Shown: positions 17,351 to 27,636, numbered from the stretch's first letter. The stretch is DNA of 64,000 nt from Spirochaetaceae bacterium (GCA_051531975.1 JAOPTT010000009.1:64001-128000); one strand, 5' to 3'. Notes: generated by a model from the sequence alone, not told the origin. A program made the numbers and translations.

Positions 17351-20300
17351 ATGGAGTCAAGTTTAAAAAACAAAAAAGAAGTTAGAAATCTTTCAGAACC
17401 CCAGAAAATGATTTATTTGGGGGAATCTATGCACCCTGGAGTTAGCTTAAATACGGTTGTGACCACCAGTTGTTTAGGAAATCATAATGATTTAACTATT
17501 TTGAAAAAAGTAATCAAAGAGGTTATTGAAGAGAATCCAGGCTTACATATCAAAATTGATCTTAAAAATGGAAGTCCCACACAGTATATAGATAATAATT
17601 TAGATCATGAGATTTTAATCATGGATTTTAGGAATGCAGCTATTGAAAAAGAAGTTTCTTGGCTAAATTCTGAAATATCTAGAATTTATACCCTTGATAA
17701 AGGTAATCTATTTAATTTAATTCTCTTTTATAAAAATGATTCTTCATTAAATTTACTAATTTCAATGCATCATATTATATGTGATGCTTGGTCTCATCAG
17801 TCTATTGCAACCCAAGTTTACGATAAATATGAAGCTATACTTAAAGGTAATTTAAGTACTTTACCGCCCAAATTATCCTACCTAGAGTATGTTGAAACAG
17901 AGAAAAATTATATAGATTCTAAAAGATGTAAGCTTAGTGGAGACTATTGGAAGTCAAAGTTTGTACAACATGAAACATTACCAGAATTTTATAAAGATAT
18001 TAATAATAGAGCTCGTGCTGTATCTAAACAGTTTCATAATAGTTTTAATGGAGATATCCAGAAAAAAATATTAAAAATTTGCGATGAAAATAATATTTCT
18101 TTTGCAACATTTTTTTTAGCATGCTTGCTCATCAGTTTAAGTAAATTAAATGATAATAAAAAACATGTTCTAGGCACATTATCGTATAATAGATTAGGGA
18201 AGAAAGAAAAAACTGCAGTTGGTATGTTTGTAAATACGTTACCCTTGATTTTTGACTTAACAGAGACTAATGATTTCCAATCAATAGCTAAATTAATAGA
18301 TAATGATATGGCTGGACTAATGAAGAACCAACGTTATCCATTAAGAATGATTACTAATGATAAAGAATTAAAACAACTCAATATTGCAAATCATTTAGAT
18401 CTGATTTATTCATATCAGAATATCATTCTTCCATATGATTATACATATCATTTTAGTGGGTATAGTACTCACCCTATTTTATTTAGACCAACTAGGAGTG
18501 GTGTTGATGGAGACTTCTTTTTAGATATCGATTATCAGATTGATTGTTTTTCAGAAGATGAAATTATAAATATTTCAAATATTTTTCAGAATGTAATAGA
18601 GAATCTTGATTATGATCTAAAAAAGTCCATCAGTTTGGGATCAGATCAATTCCTACAAAATACTGAATTAAAAATCATAAAAAAAGATCATAACCTAAAT
18701 CAAACCCTACACGGTATTTTTGAAGATAAGGTATTGGAATATCCAGATAATATTGCTGTTACTTTTAAAGAACTGTCTATTACTTATAGGGAGCTTAATA
18801 GACGGGCTAATATTCTTGCAAATATGTTGATTGAGCTTGGTGCTGGAGAGGAAAGTCCTGTTGCACTTTTATTAGATCGATCTAAAGAGATGATGATAGC
18901 TATTTTAGCTGTATTAAAGGCAGGAAGCTGTTATCTGCCTATGTCACCTGATCAGCCTATTAAAAGAACAGAGAAAATAGTTGAACTAAGTGGTGCAAAG
19001 ATTGTTTTATGTAATAAAGATTGTGGCGAAGGTAAAAAAGAAGGCATCGTTAAGTTAGACTTACGAACAATTGAATACGGTGTAGAAGATGTTCCTAATT
19101 TAGATATTGGTGTAAAACCAGGAAATCTTGCATATATTATATATACTTCAGGATCTACTGGTGAACCAAAAGGTGTTATGGTTGAACATAAATCTGTAAT
19201 TAATAGACTTTTATGGATGCAAGAAGAGTACCCTTTAAATGAAGACGACGTAATAATGCAAAAAACACCCTATACATTTGATGTTTCTGTATGGGAACTT
19301 TTTGCTTGGTATTTAACTGGATCAAGGCTTCATTTTTTAATACCAGGGGCAGAAAAAGAACCATTAACAATTATTGAATCTATATTCAAACAGAAAATAA
19401 CAATAATTCATTTTGTACCATCTATGTTAACTCTATTTTTAGAGTATCTTGATGGGTTTGGGTCTATAGACCACATTAAAACTATTCGACGTGTTAGTTG
19501 TAGTGGAGAAGCTATAAATACTGAACATGTAAATAGATTTAGAGAAATAGTTAGAGAGTATATTCCTGCAGAATTATATAATTTATATGGACCAACTGAA
19601 GCTACAGTTGAAGTATCTATATTCGATTGCCTTGCTAATATACATAACTTTGTTCCTATTGGGAAACCAATTGATAATGTGGAAATATATATATTAGATG
19701 CAAACGGAGTCGTTTTACCGACCGGACAATCAGGAGAACTACACATTGGTGGAGTCTGTTTAGCAAGGGGATATTTTAATAAACCAGATCTGACTAATGG
19801 AAGTTTTAAATTTCATGAAGGATTACAAAAGAGACTATATAGTACTGGAGATCTTGGAACTTATTTAGATGATGGAAATATAAAGTATCAGGGAAGAATT
19901 GATAATCAAGTTAAAATTAGAGGGAACAGAGTTGAACTTGGGGAGATAGAGAGTTGTCTATTATCAATAGAATCTGTTTCTGAAGTCGCAGTTATTGCAC
20001 CTGTGGATGAAAATGGAAATGCCTATTTAGGTGCATATATAATTGCCGATGAAGAGATTCCTCATGCCGACTTAAGGCACCATATTCAGAGAGAACTTCC
20101 ATCGTACATGGTACCATCTTATTTTATTCAGATGGATGAATTTCCACTGAGTTCTAGTGGCAAGTTAGACCGTAAAGCTCTTCCTGAACATGTAAATAAA
20201 AGGAAGAAAGTAAAAGCTTTCCACGCTCCTATAAACGATAGGGAAGAAGAGATATGTGAAATCTGGGAAGATGAACTTAAAATAGAGGGAATAGGTCGGG

Positions 20301-21610
20301 ATGAGAACTTTTTTGATCTTGGTGGAGATTCTCTATCACTTATAAAAGTTCACTTTTCCCTTGAGCAAAAGTATATAGTATCTTTGCAAGATCTATTTGA
20401 ATATCAGACAATCGAGGGTTTAGCCCAACATATTCATATTCGAATTCAGGAGAAGGTTACATATGACGATGTAGGTTATTCGAATATTGTTAAACAGAAT
20501 ATTGAATCGAAGAAAATAATGAACTATTTTAGTAGTTTAAAAAATGATTCTGATATTGAACGAGTAAATTATTCTAAGATATTGATAACTGGTTCTACAG
20601 GTTTTTTAGGTGCTTATTTAGTTAAAGATTATTTGGAGAATAGTAGCTCTTTACTCTACCTTTTAGTTCGAGCAGATACATTAGATAGTGCTTTTAGTCG
20701 ATTAAAATCAAAGTTAAGTTTTTATTTTGGAGATGATTTTTACGATGGTTACAAAGAGAGGATAATTGTTATTTTAGGGGATGTCTCAGAAGACTTTCTA
20801 GGTATGGATGAAAAAGAGTTTATAAACCTTTCTAAAGAGATCGAAACTGTTATTCACTCTGCAGCTAATGTTAGACATTATGGTGACCGATTAGATATGA
20901 ACAAAATCAATGTACTTGGTACACGGAATGTTTTAGATTTTTGTAATGAATCTGAATCTAAGAAAATGTTTTTTGTTTCAACATTAAGTGTAGGACTGAA
21001 TTCTGTAAAACCAGGCTGGAGTCTACATTTTACTGAAGCTGATAATCCAGAAACTAATAACAGTGGTAATGTTTATATCGATAGTAAAATATTAGCCGAG
21101 GAACTTGTTAGAGACTATATCTCTAGTTATGGTGGTCAGATATACCGTGTTGGAAATCTAGTTAGTGATTCAGAAACCGGAGTGTTCCAGGAAAACAGGG
21201 AAGATAATGGTTTTTATAAAATTATGAATGAGTATAAAAGGAGAAACTTGGCTCCAGATGTGGATATACCATTTATAGATTTATCATTTATAGACCAGAC
21301 AGCAAAAGCTATTAGATTATTAACCACATGTAATGTTTCTGATACTTTCCATCTATTTAATCCAAATACCATAACAATACAGGATATGTTTTATAAGAAT
21401 GAAACTAAAATAGACACATTTAAAAACTATGTAAACAATATTGTTTATGGTGATTCTGTTTTAACCCATGGCTATTATCTAGAAAATATAAATATGCTTG
21501 GTTTTATCCCTTATTGCAATAAAACTGAGAGTCTATTAAATAGACTAGGTTTTAATTGGGAACCTGTTGGAAACATTGAAATTGATAACTTATGGGACAG
21601 TTGGGCATAA
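17351..21610 (+). CDS. Single-module non-ribosomal peptide synthetase C-A-PCP-R (terminal thioester reductase)
   Basis: C domain HHIICDA. A domain YTSGSTGEPKG, FDVSVWE, NLYGPTE, GRIDNQVKIRG, GKLDRKAL. PCP FFDLGGDSL. Reductase ITGSTGFLG and YIDSK. Confidence 0.95.
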   Translation: MESSLKNKKEVRNLSEPQKMIYLGESMHPGVSLNTVVTTSCLGNHNDLTILKKVIKEVIEENPGLHIKIDLKNGSPTQYIDNNLDHEILIMDFRNAAIEKEVSWLNSEISRIYTLDKGNLFNLILFYKNDSSLNLLISMHHIICDAWSHQSIATQVYDKYEAILKGNLSTLPPKLSYLEYVETEKNYIDSKRCKLSGDYWKSKFVQHETLPEFYKDINNRARAVSKQFHNSFNGDIQKKILKICDENNISFATFFLACLLISLSKLNDNKKHVLGTLSYNRLGKKEKTAVGMFVNTLPLIFDLTETNDFQSIAKLIDNDMAGLMKNQRYPLRMITNDKELKQLNIANHLDLIYSYQNIILPYDYTYHFSGYSTHPILFRPTRSGVDGDFFLDIDYQIDCFSEDEIINISNIFQNVIENLDYDLKKSISLGSDQFLQNTELKIIKKDHNLNQTLHGIFEDKVLEYPDNIAVTFKELSITYRELNRRANILANMLIELGAGEESPVALLLDRSKEMMIAILAVLKAGSCYLPMSPDQPIKRTEKIVELSGAKIVLCNKDCGEGKKEGIVKLDLRTIEYGVEDVPNLDIGVKPGNLAYIIYTSGSTGEPKGVMVEHKSVINRLLWMQEEYPLNEDDVIMQKTPYTFDVSVWELFAWYLTGSRLHFLIPGAEKEPLTIIESIFKQKITIIHFVPSMLTLFLEYLDGFGSIDHIKTIRRVSCSGEAINTEHVNRFREIVREYIPAELYNLYGPTEATVEVSIFDCLANIHNFVPIGKPIDNVEIYILDANGVVLPTGQSGELHIGGVCLARGYFNKPDLTNGSFKFHEGLQKRLYSTGDLGTYLDDGNIKYQGRIDNQVKIRGNRVELGEIESCLLSIESVSEVAVIAPVDENGNAYLGAYIIADEEIPHADLRHHIQRELPSYMVPSYFIQMDEFPLSSSGKLDRKALPEHVNKRKKVKAFHAPINDREEEICEIWEDELKIEGIGRDENFFDLGGDSLSLIKVHFSLEQKYIVSLQDLFEYQTIEGLAQHIHIRIQEKVTYDDVGYSNIVKQNIESKKIMNYFSSLKNDSDIERVNYSKILITGSTGFLGAYLVKDYLENSSSLLYLLVRADTLDSAFSRLKSKLSFYFGDDFYDGYKERIIVILGDVSEDFLGMDEKEFINLSKEIETVIHSAANVRHYGDRLDMNKINVLGTRNVLDFCNESESKKMFFVSTLSVGLNSVKPGWSLHFTEADNPETNNSGNVYIDSKILAEELVRDYISSYGGQIYRVGNLVSDSETGVFQENREDNGFYKIMNEYKRRNLAPDVDIPFIDLSFIDQTAKAIRLLTTCNVSDTFHLFNPNTITIQDMFYKNETKIDTFKNYVNNIVYGDSVLTHGYYLENINMLGFIPYCNKTESLLNRLGFNWEPVGNIEIDNLWDSWA

Positions 21611-21661
21611 TAACTATCTTTTGACCTGAATAACTACTTTAATCGGGTCATGAGGGGTTAT

Positions 21662-22496
21662 ATGTATATATGGCAGTCAAATAATTGGCCTAGTTTTAAT
21701 TGGGACGATAAAAAAATTCAAGAATCATTATTATTAACCAAGAAGAGCCAAGGGTATATTTTAGGTGTAAATTCACTCTTTAATCAAAAAGAGTTAGGTG
21801 AAATAATAACAACTGAAGCATCTACAACTTCTGCAATTGCAAAACATACCGATGGGCTAGTTGAACTACTCTTAGATGCTATTCGTAACTATAATGTACT
21901 ACTAACAGAAGATAGACTATTTGCTTGGCACGCAGCACTATTTCCTACTGGTTTCTCTGGAATGACAAAAATTGAAGTTGGTTGTTGGCGAAGTAGTAAA
22001 ATCCCAATGCAGGTTATTTCTGGATCTTTAGGTAAAGAGAAGGTTCATTATGTTGCACCTGAGTCGGAATTTATGGTCAAAGAGCTAGATGATTTTTTTT
22101 CTTGGTGGAGCAGTTCCATAACTGAAATCGACGGTCTTATTAGAGCAGACTCAGAAAGGTTCTGGAGATATTACAGAGTGGTTAAATTGGTTTTTTGATA
22201 TGTTTTCTAGAAGTATCGATAACTCTAAAGTTTTGGTAGAACGTTCTATATATATTAACAGTTTCTATAAGAAGATTTTGGATATTGATATAAGTAAAAG
22301 ACAGTTAAAGGTAATTAAAAAACTCCTAGAACGTTATCCTGATGATTATATTGGAGGATTAACAAATAAAAAATATGTATCAATAACAAAGGTTAGTTCT
22401 GAAACTGCTAAAAGAGATATTAGGGATCTGTTGCTAAAAGGACTTATTGTTCAAAATGCTGGAGGTGGTCGTTCCACTAGTTATAGACTTGCTTAA
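21662..22496 (+). pseudogene. Fic-family (DUF4172 + Fic + C-terminal HTH) pseudogene
   Basis: N-terminus MYIWQ..NWP.F.WD. Frameshifting junction at ~22146 between DGLIRA and TQKGSGDITEWLNWF. No HPFxDGNGR motif. C-terminus TAKRDI...GGGRSTSY. Confidence 0.8.
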
Positions 22497-22604
22497 TTAA
22501 TGTGTATAAACACATAATTGTTATTCCTATACCTATAATATCTGTAAAAATAGTGTTTTATCTATATACTAAGATTAATTGTATGTTTCCATGTCCTTAT
22601 ATCT

Positions 22605-22671
22605 GGATTGTTGATTAACAATCCGTACAATTTGTAATTGCAATTGACAAATTGTACAACTATGATAGACT
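22605..22671 (+). promoter_or_regulatory. Sigma70-type promoter overlapped by long palindromes (putative operator)
   Basis: GGATTGTT/AACAATCC (22605-22624) and GTACAATTTGT-AATTGCAATT-G-ACAAATTGTAC (22625-22657); TTGACA 22644-22649 and TGn-TAGACT 22666-22671. Confidence 0.55.
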
Positions 22672-22676
22672 AAAAT

Positions 22677-23843
22677 ATGATTAATAGGCAACTTGAAGAT
22701 GAAATTAAGATCTTAGAAAACGAATTCCCAATAATTGCAATATTAGGTCCAAGGCAATCAGGTAAAACTACAATCTCTAAAAAACTATATCCAGATTTTG
22801 AATATATATCCCTAGAAGATTTGGATCATAGAGAATTTGCTAGTAGTGACCCAAGAGGATTTATAGAAAAATATTCTAAAAATATAATATTTGATGAGAT
22901 TCAAAGAGTTCCCTTATTAATGTCATATCTACAAACTCACGTAGATAATAATAAAGAAAATGGTAAGATTATTATAACAGGATCACATAATTTTTTACTT
23001 ATGGAGCAAATAAGTCAATCCTTGGCAGGTCGAGTTGGAATTACTAAATTATTACCCTTTTCGTATAAAGAGATGGCATCGGTAGATATAGGTATTAATG
23101 AACTTATTTTTAAAGGTGCGTATCCAAGAATTTACGATCAAAATATAAGACCCGAGGTATTTTATAAGAATTACATAGCAACCTATATTGAAAAAGATAT
23201 TAGGCAGATAAAACAAATCACAAAAATTGATGATTTTCTAAAATTCATAAAATTATTAGCTGGTAGAACAGGACAAGAATTAAATACAAATACTCTAAGT
23301 GAAGAGTGTGGTGTATCCCATAATACAATTAAAGAGTGGATATCTGTTTTAGAAGCTAGTTTTCTAATATACAGATTAAAACCTTTTCATAAAAACTATA
23401 ATAAAAGAGTTGTTAAGAATCCGAAAATTTATTTTACAGATACAGGGTTAGTTTGTAGTCTGCTTGGTATCAGAAAGAAAGAAGATATAGATTATCACTT
23501 TTTGAAAGGTAGTCTTTTTGAAACCTTTATAGTTAACGAATTTATTAAGTATAATTTTAATTTTGGTGAGAAGTTCGATATATATTTTTGGAGAGATAAT
23601 CACAAAAAAGAGATAGATTTAATTCTTGATTTAGGTATTGAACAATTAGCATTTGAGATAAAATCAGCCAAGACAGTCCAAGAGAAGTTTTTTGATACAC
23701 TTAAATATTGGGAAAAGTTAACAAGTAAAGATAGAAGTAATATTTATCTTATATATGGTGGTCAGGAAAACTACATTAGAGAAAATTTTAATGTTGTGTC
23801 TTGGGATAATATTTATGATGGAGTAATTAAAAAGACGACTTAA
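22677..23843 (+). CDS. AAA_14 / DUF4143 family ATP-binding protein
   Basis: GPRQSGKT, FDEIQ, ITGS, SLAGR, KNPKIYFTDTG and C-terminal EIDLI...EIKS. Confidence 0.9.
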   Translation: MINRQLEDEIKILENEFPIIAILGPRQSGKTTISKKLYPDFEYISLEDLDHREFASSDPRGFIEKYSKNIIFDEIQRVPLLMSYLQTHVDNNKENGKIIITGSHNFLLMEQISQSLAGRVGITKLLPFSYKEMASVDIGINELIFKGAYPRIYDQNIRPEVFYKNYIATYIEKDIRQIKQITKIDDFLKFIKLLAGRTGQELNTNTLSEECGVSHNTIKEWISVLEASFLIYRLKPFHKNYNKRVVKNPKIYFTDTGLVCSLLGIRKKEDIDYHFLKGSLFETFIVNEFIKYNFNFGEKFDIYFWRDNHKKEIDLILDLGIEQLAFEIKSAKTVQEKFFDTLKYWEKLTSKDRSNIYLIYGGQENYIRENFNVVSWDNIYDGVIKKTT

Positions 23844-23859
23844 TAAAGCCGCCTAATTA

Positions 23860-25569
23860 TTACATTCTGTCTAAAACTTCTATCCCTAGAAGGTCTAAAC
23901 CTGATTTTATTGTTTCTGCTACTTTGTTTATAAGAAGTAACCTTGAGTTTTTCTCTAACTCTTCTGAATTCATAATGTTTATAGCATTGTAGAATGTATT
24001 AAACATCTGTGCTAATTCGTATACGTAGTCTGCAATAACATTAGGTTTACACGTATCTGCAGCTTTTATTACTACACCATGGAACTTAGACATCTGTATA
24101 ATTAACTTATTCTCAATTTCTGATTCAAACAGTAAGTCTGTAATTGAGTCTGAACCTTTAAAATCTGCTTTTCGTAAAATAGATTGGATTCTAGCATAAA
24201 CATATTGAAGATAAGGTGATGTATTGCCTTCGAAACTTAGGTTTTTATCCCAGTCGAATATAATTGCACTACTTCTGTTTTGACTTAGGTCTGAATATTT
24301 AACAGCACCTAAACCAACAACCCTAGCTATCTCTTTTTTCTCTTCTGTTGATAGTTCTGGGTTTTTCTCTTCTACAATTTTAAGTGCTCTACTCTCTGCT
24401 TCATCTAATAAAGTTTCTAACCTAATTACATTACCTTTACGGCTGCTAAAGTGGGCATCTGCAAACTTCATAAGACCAAAAGTTACATGGATATTCTCTA
24501 CATTCCAACCTAACATCTCCGAAACTCTAAAAAACTGCTTAAAGTGGTCAGCTTGCCTGTCATCTGTTACGTAAATTAACTTATTAATATCGTAGGATTC
24601 CATCTTCTTTTTAATACATGCTAAGTCCGAAGTTGCATACAGAGTTGCACCGTCTGATTTTCTAATTAGGCACGGGTGTAGATGTTCACTTTCGTCAAAC
24701 TCAACAATTAATGCACCCTGGCTCTCTTTAGCTATCTTTTTTTCTGTTAACTCTTCTATAACACCTGGCATTGAATCAAAATAATAGGACTCTCCCCAAT
24801 ATGTATCAAAGTCTACATCTAATCGTTTATATAGTTTGTTATACTCTGTAATTGAGTTATCTATAAACTCTTTCCATAGTTTCGTATTACCTTCGTCCCC
24901 ATCTTGTAGCTTTTTAAGTTCAGCTCTAGCTTGTGGAAGTAAAGTTTCATCATCAGCACTAGCTTTTTCAAACTGCACATATATTCTTTCTAACTCTTCT
25001 AATGAGTTTTCAGCATATTTATCTTTATCTAACCAGTTATCATAACCAACAATTAACTTACCAAACTGTGTACCCCAGTCTCCTAGGTGGTTATCTGCAA
25101 TAACTTCTCGTTTTAAAAACCGGTAAACTCGTTTAATTGAGTCACCAATAATTGTAGATCTAAGGTGAGCAACATGCATACGTTTTGCAATATTAGGTGA
25201 TGAATAATCAATTACTGTTACACCTTTTTCAATTTCTAAATCATACTCCCAAGACTGTGGGTTAAAAGATTTTATATATTGGTTTAGAGATTCTGGTTTT
25301 AAAAAGAAGTTAATAAAACCTGGACCTGCAATATCGGCTTTTAATATTATACCGTCAGTTTTAATGTTTTTAAGGATTTCTGTTGCAACTTCTCTTGGGT
25401 TTCTGCGGAGTTTTTTAGAGGAAACTAAAGCAATATTAGACTGAAAATGTCCTAAGCTTATATCTTTTGTAAACTGAACTGATACATCACTGTTATCAAT
25501 TTCTCCATTAAAACTTGCCTGTACAGCCTGGGCTAAAGCTTCTGTAACAACATCTGTTAAAATCTTCAT
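23860..25569 (-). CDS. argS: Arginine--tRNA ligase
   Basis: DYSSPNIAKRMHVAHLRS, HLGDWGTQFG, SFEGNTSPYLQY, C-terminal GLDLLGIEVLDRM. Confidence 0.97.
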   Translation of the reverse strand: MKILTDVVTEALAQAVQASFNGEIDNSDVSVQFTKDISLGHFQSNIALVSSKKLRRNPREVATEILKNIKTDGIILKADIAGPGFINFFLKPESLNQYIKSFNPQSWEYDLEIEKGVTVIDYSSPNIAKRMHVAHLRSTIIGDSIKRVYRFLKREVIADNHLGDWGTQFGKLIVGYDNWLDKDKYAENSLEELERIYVQFEKASADDETLLPQARAELKKLQDGDEGNTKLWKEFIDNSITEYNKLYKRLDVDFDTYWGESYYFDSMPGVIEELTEKKIAKESQGALIVEFDESEHLHPCLIRKSDGATLYATSDLACIKKKMESYDINKLIYVTDDRQADHFKQFFRVSEMLGWNVENIHVTFGLMKFADAHFSSRKGNVIRLETLLDEAESRALKIVEEKNPELSTEEKKEIARVVGLGAVKYSDLSQNRSSAIIFDWDKNLSFEGNTSPYLQYVYARIQSILRKADFKGSDSITDLLFESEIENKLIIQMSKFHGVVIKAADTCKPNVIADYVYELAQMFNTFYNAINIMNSEELEKNSRLLLINKVAETIKSGLDLLGIEVLDRM

Positions 25570-25591
25570 GTTAACTCCTATTGGACATAAT

Positions 25592-27229
25592 TTACACTTT
25601 TTTAATGTCTATTGGAAGTCTGTAATTGTTAAGAGTGTTAATCTTCTTTTTGTTTTTAACAACAGAAGCTAAAGAGCCACCGTTTTCGAATACTACTTCG
25701 TCCATAAATCTCTTAATCATCCATACACCTCGTCCATGGGAATAAGCTTCCTCATTGTCAGATTCTAATAAAATACTAAGTCTGTCAAAGTCCGTAGGGT
25801 CTGGAATGTCATCCTGATTAAACCCAGAGCCCTGATCTTCAATATTTATGGTTATATCTTTACAGGTTAATAGATACTGAATGTTAACAGATAAAGTTGT
25901 ATTCTCTTTGTTTCCATGTACAACAGCATTTACTAGTAACTCGTTATAAGCAATTAGAGCCTGCTGACAATCATCGTATTCGTAGTCATAACTAATTAAA
26001 TTTTGTCTTAATACCTCAATCTCTCTTGGGACAGATTTTATTGAATTTATTACACTATTATATACTAGAGGCGTTTTTACTTGCATATATATTAGACTTA
26101 AATCGTCATCTAGAATTGTTGTTCCTGTTGTTTTATTAACAAATCTCATAATATCATCGTTATCTTTTTTAAGATTATTTCCCATTTTGCATAACTGTTG
26201 TCTTAATATTTTATCGTTACTTCTTTCCCAAGATGCATCTTTTATCTCTATAATTGCATCGGAATAAAAAAATAGAATATCGTTATTTTTTAGGTCTATC
26301 GATTTAACATGGTAACTACTCTTTTCGTCATAACCTAGGTGCATACCAGGTGCCCTAGGTACTAATTCAGCTTCCCCGTTTCTAATTAAATACGGATGTT
26401 CTCCATTTGCACTGCAATAATAAAACTTCATTTCGGTGGAATCGTAAACAGAAACAAACATTACAGGGTATTGATCCGAGGTAATATAGTCCTGAATATC
26501 TATATTTACCATCTCAACAAATGTTGCTAAATGTAGTGGTATATCTAACAAGGATATATGCCTATCACACACGGATTTTAACAGAGTTGCATACATGGAC
26601 GCTTCTAACCCGTGGCCTGTACAGTCAACTATTATTGTTGCTATGTTACCACTATTGGTTTTAATAATATTAAAAAAATCACCACCCATCTCTTCCGAGG
26701 GGTTATATAGTGCTCTAATATTTACTTGTTCATCTAATGGTAGTTCTTTTGAGTTTAGTACTTGTTGAATTTCCTGTGCTTTTGATATGGCGTCTTTTTG
26801 TAAAAAAAGCTGATCTGCTAGTTTAAGTTGTACATTGTATAGCTGTTTTTGCTGGTTAATTATTCTCCGGGCAATCTTGAGCCTAATACTAAGGGCCTTA
26901 GGGTCGATAGGTTTTGGGATAAAATCGTCTGCACCTGCTGCAAAACCTATGTCTGCATATTTTTCATCTGTGTTTGACGTTACCATTATTATATATGTAT
27001 ATAATCCAGTATCTTTTTCTTTTAATCTGATTTTTTTTATAAGATCTATTCCACTTAAATTAGGCATCATCCAGTCAATTAAGGCGATTCTTGGAGGAGA
27101 CTCATCTTCTAGTTTATTCCAAGCATCAAGACCATCAACAGTTTCAATTACATTAAAAGACATTTTAATTAATATGGATTTAAGTAGCTTTCTGGATGTT
27201 AATGAGTCTTCTGCAATTAATATATCCAT
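25592..27229 (-). CDS. Receiver - PP2C (SpoIIE/RsbU) phosphatase - RsbW-like kinase fusion
   Basis: REC ILIAEDS/DWMMP; PP2C MGGDFF, DCTGHG, YSDAI, DDLS; HATPase ELLVNAVVHGN, EDQGSGF, HGRGV. Confidence 0.88.
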   Translation of the reverse strand: MDILIAEDSLTSRKLLKSILIKMSFNVIETVDGLDAWNKLEDESPPRIALIDWMMPNLSGIDLIKKIRLKEKDTGLYTYIIMVTSNTDEKYADIGFAAGADDFIPKPIDPKALSIRLKIARRIINQQKQLYNVQLKLADQLFLQKDAISKAQEIQQVLNSKELPLDEQVNIRALYNPSEEMGGDFFNIIKTNSGNIATIIVDCTGHGLEASMYATLLKSVCDRHISLLDIPLHLATFVEMVNIDIQDYITSDQYPVMFVSVYDSTEMKFYYCSANGEHPYLIRNGEAELVPRAPGMHLGYDEKSSYHVKSIDLKNNDILFFYSDAIIEIKDASWERSNDKILRQQLCKMGNNLKKDNDDIMRFVNKTTGTTILDDDLSLIYMQVKTPLVYNSVINSIKSVPREIEVLRQNLISYDYEYDDCQQALIAYNELLVNAVVHGNKENTTLSVNIQYLLTCKDITINIEDQGSGFNQDDIPDPTDFDRLSILLESDNEEAYSHGRGVWMIKRFMDEVVFENGGSLASVVKNKKKINTLNNYRLPIDIKKV

Positions 27230-27240
27230 TTAACCTACTT

Positions 27241-27582
27241 TTAAAGTTCTGTATTTTCTATAACTTGTTTGGTTATAGTATAAATATCTTCTAAATCTAA
27301 TGTTAGTTCTTTAATTAATTGATGATTGTTTTTTTGTGATTCATATTGTATTTTCTCTGATAATTTCTGCATTTTAATTGCACCTACTGAGGCACTTGAA
27401 CCCTTAATTCCATGGGAAATTTCATGAATTTGTCCAATGTTTTCTAATTCTACTGCTTTTTTAAGTTCTTCTAATTGTCCTGGAGTTTCTTCTAAATAGC
27501 AACTTAAGACTTCTTTGGTTATCTCTAAGTCGTTCATTGTCCGGGATATCAAACCTTCTATGTCTAAAAATACATCATCCAT
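27241..27582 (-). CDS. Stand-alone HPt phosphotransfer protein
   Basis: SHGIKGSSASVGA motif. Confidence 0.88.
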   Translation of the reverse strand: MDDVFLDIEGLISRTMNDLEITKEVLSCYLEETPGQLEELKKAVELENIGQIHEISHGIKGSSASVGAIKMQKLSEKIQYESQKNNHQLIKELTLDLEDIYTITKQVIENTEL

Positions 27583-27636
27583 AATATAATTATTATTGAT
27601 GATACTGTTATTTTCCAGTAAGTTCTTTAATTAAAA

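Noticed and set aside
17351..23843. NRPS-Fic-ATPase block as a mobile genomic island
   Set aside because: The content looks accessory, but I found no integrase, transposase, tRNA or flanking direct repeat.
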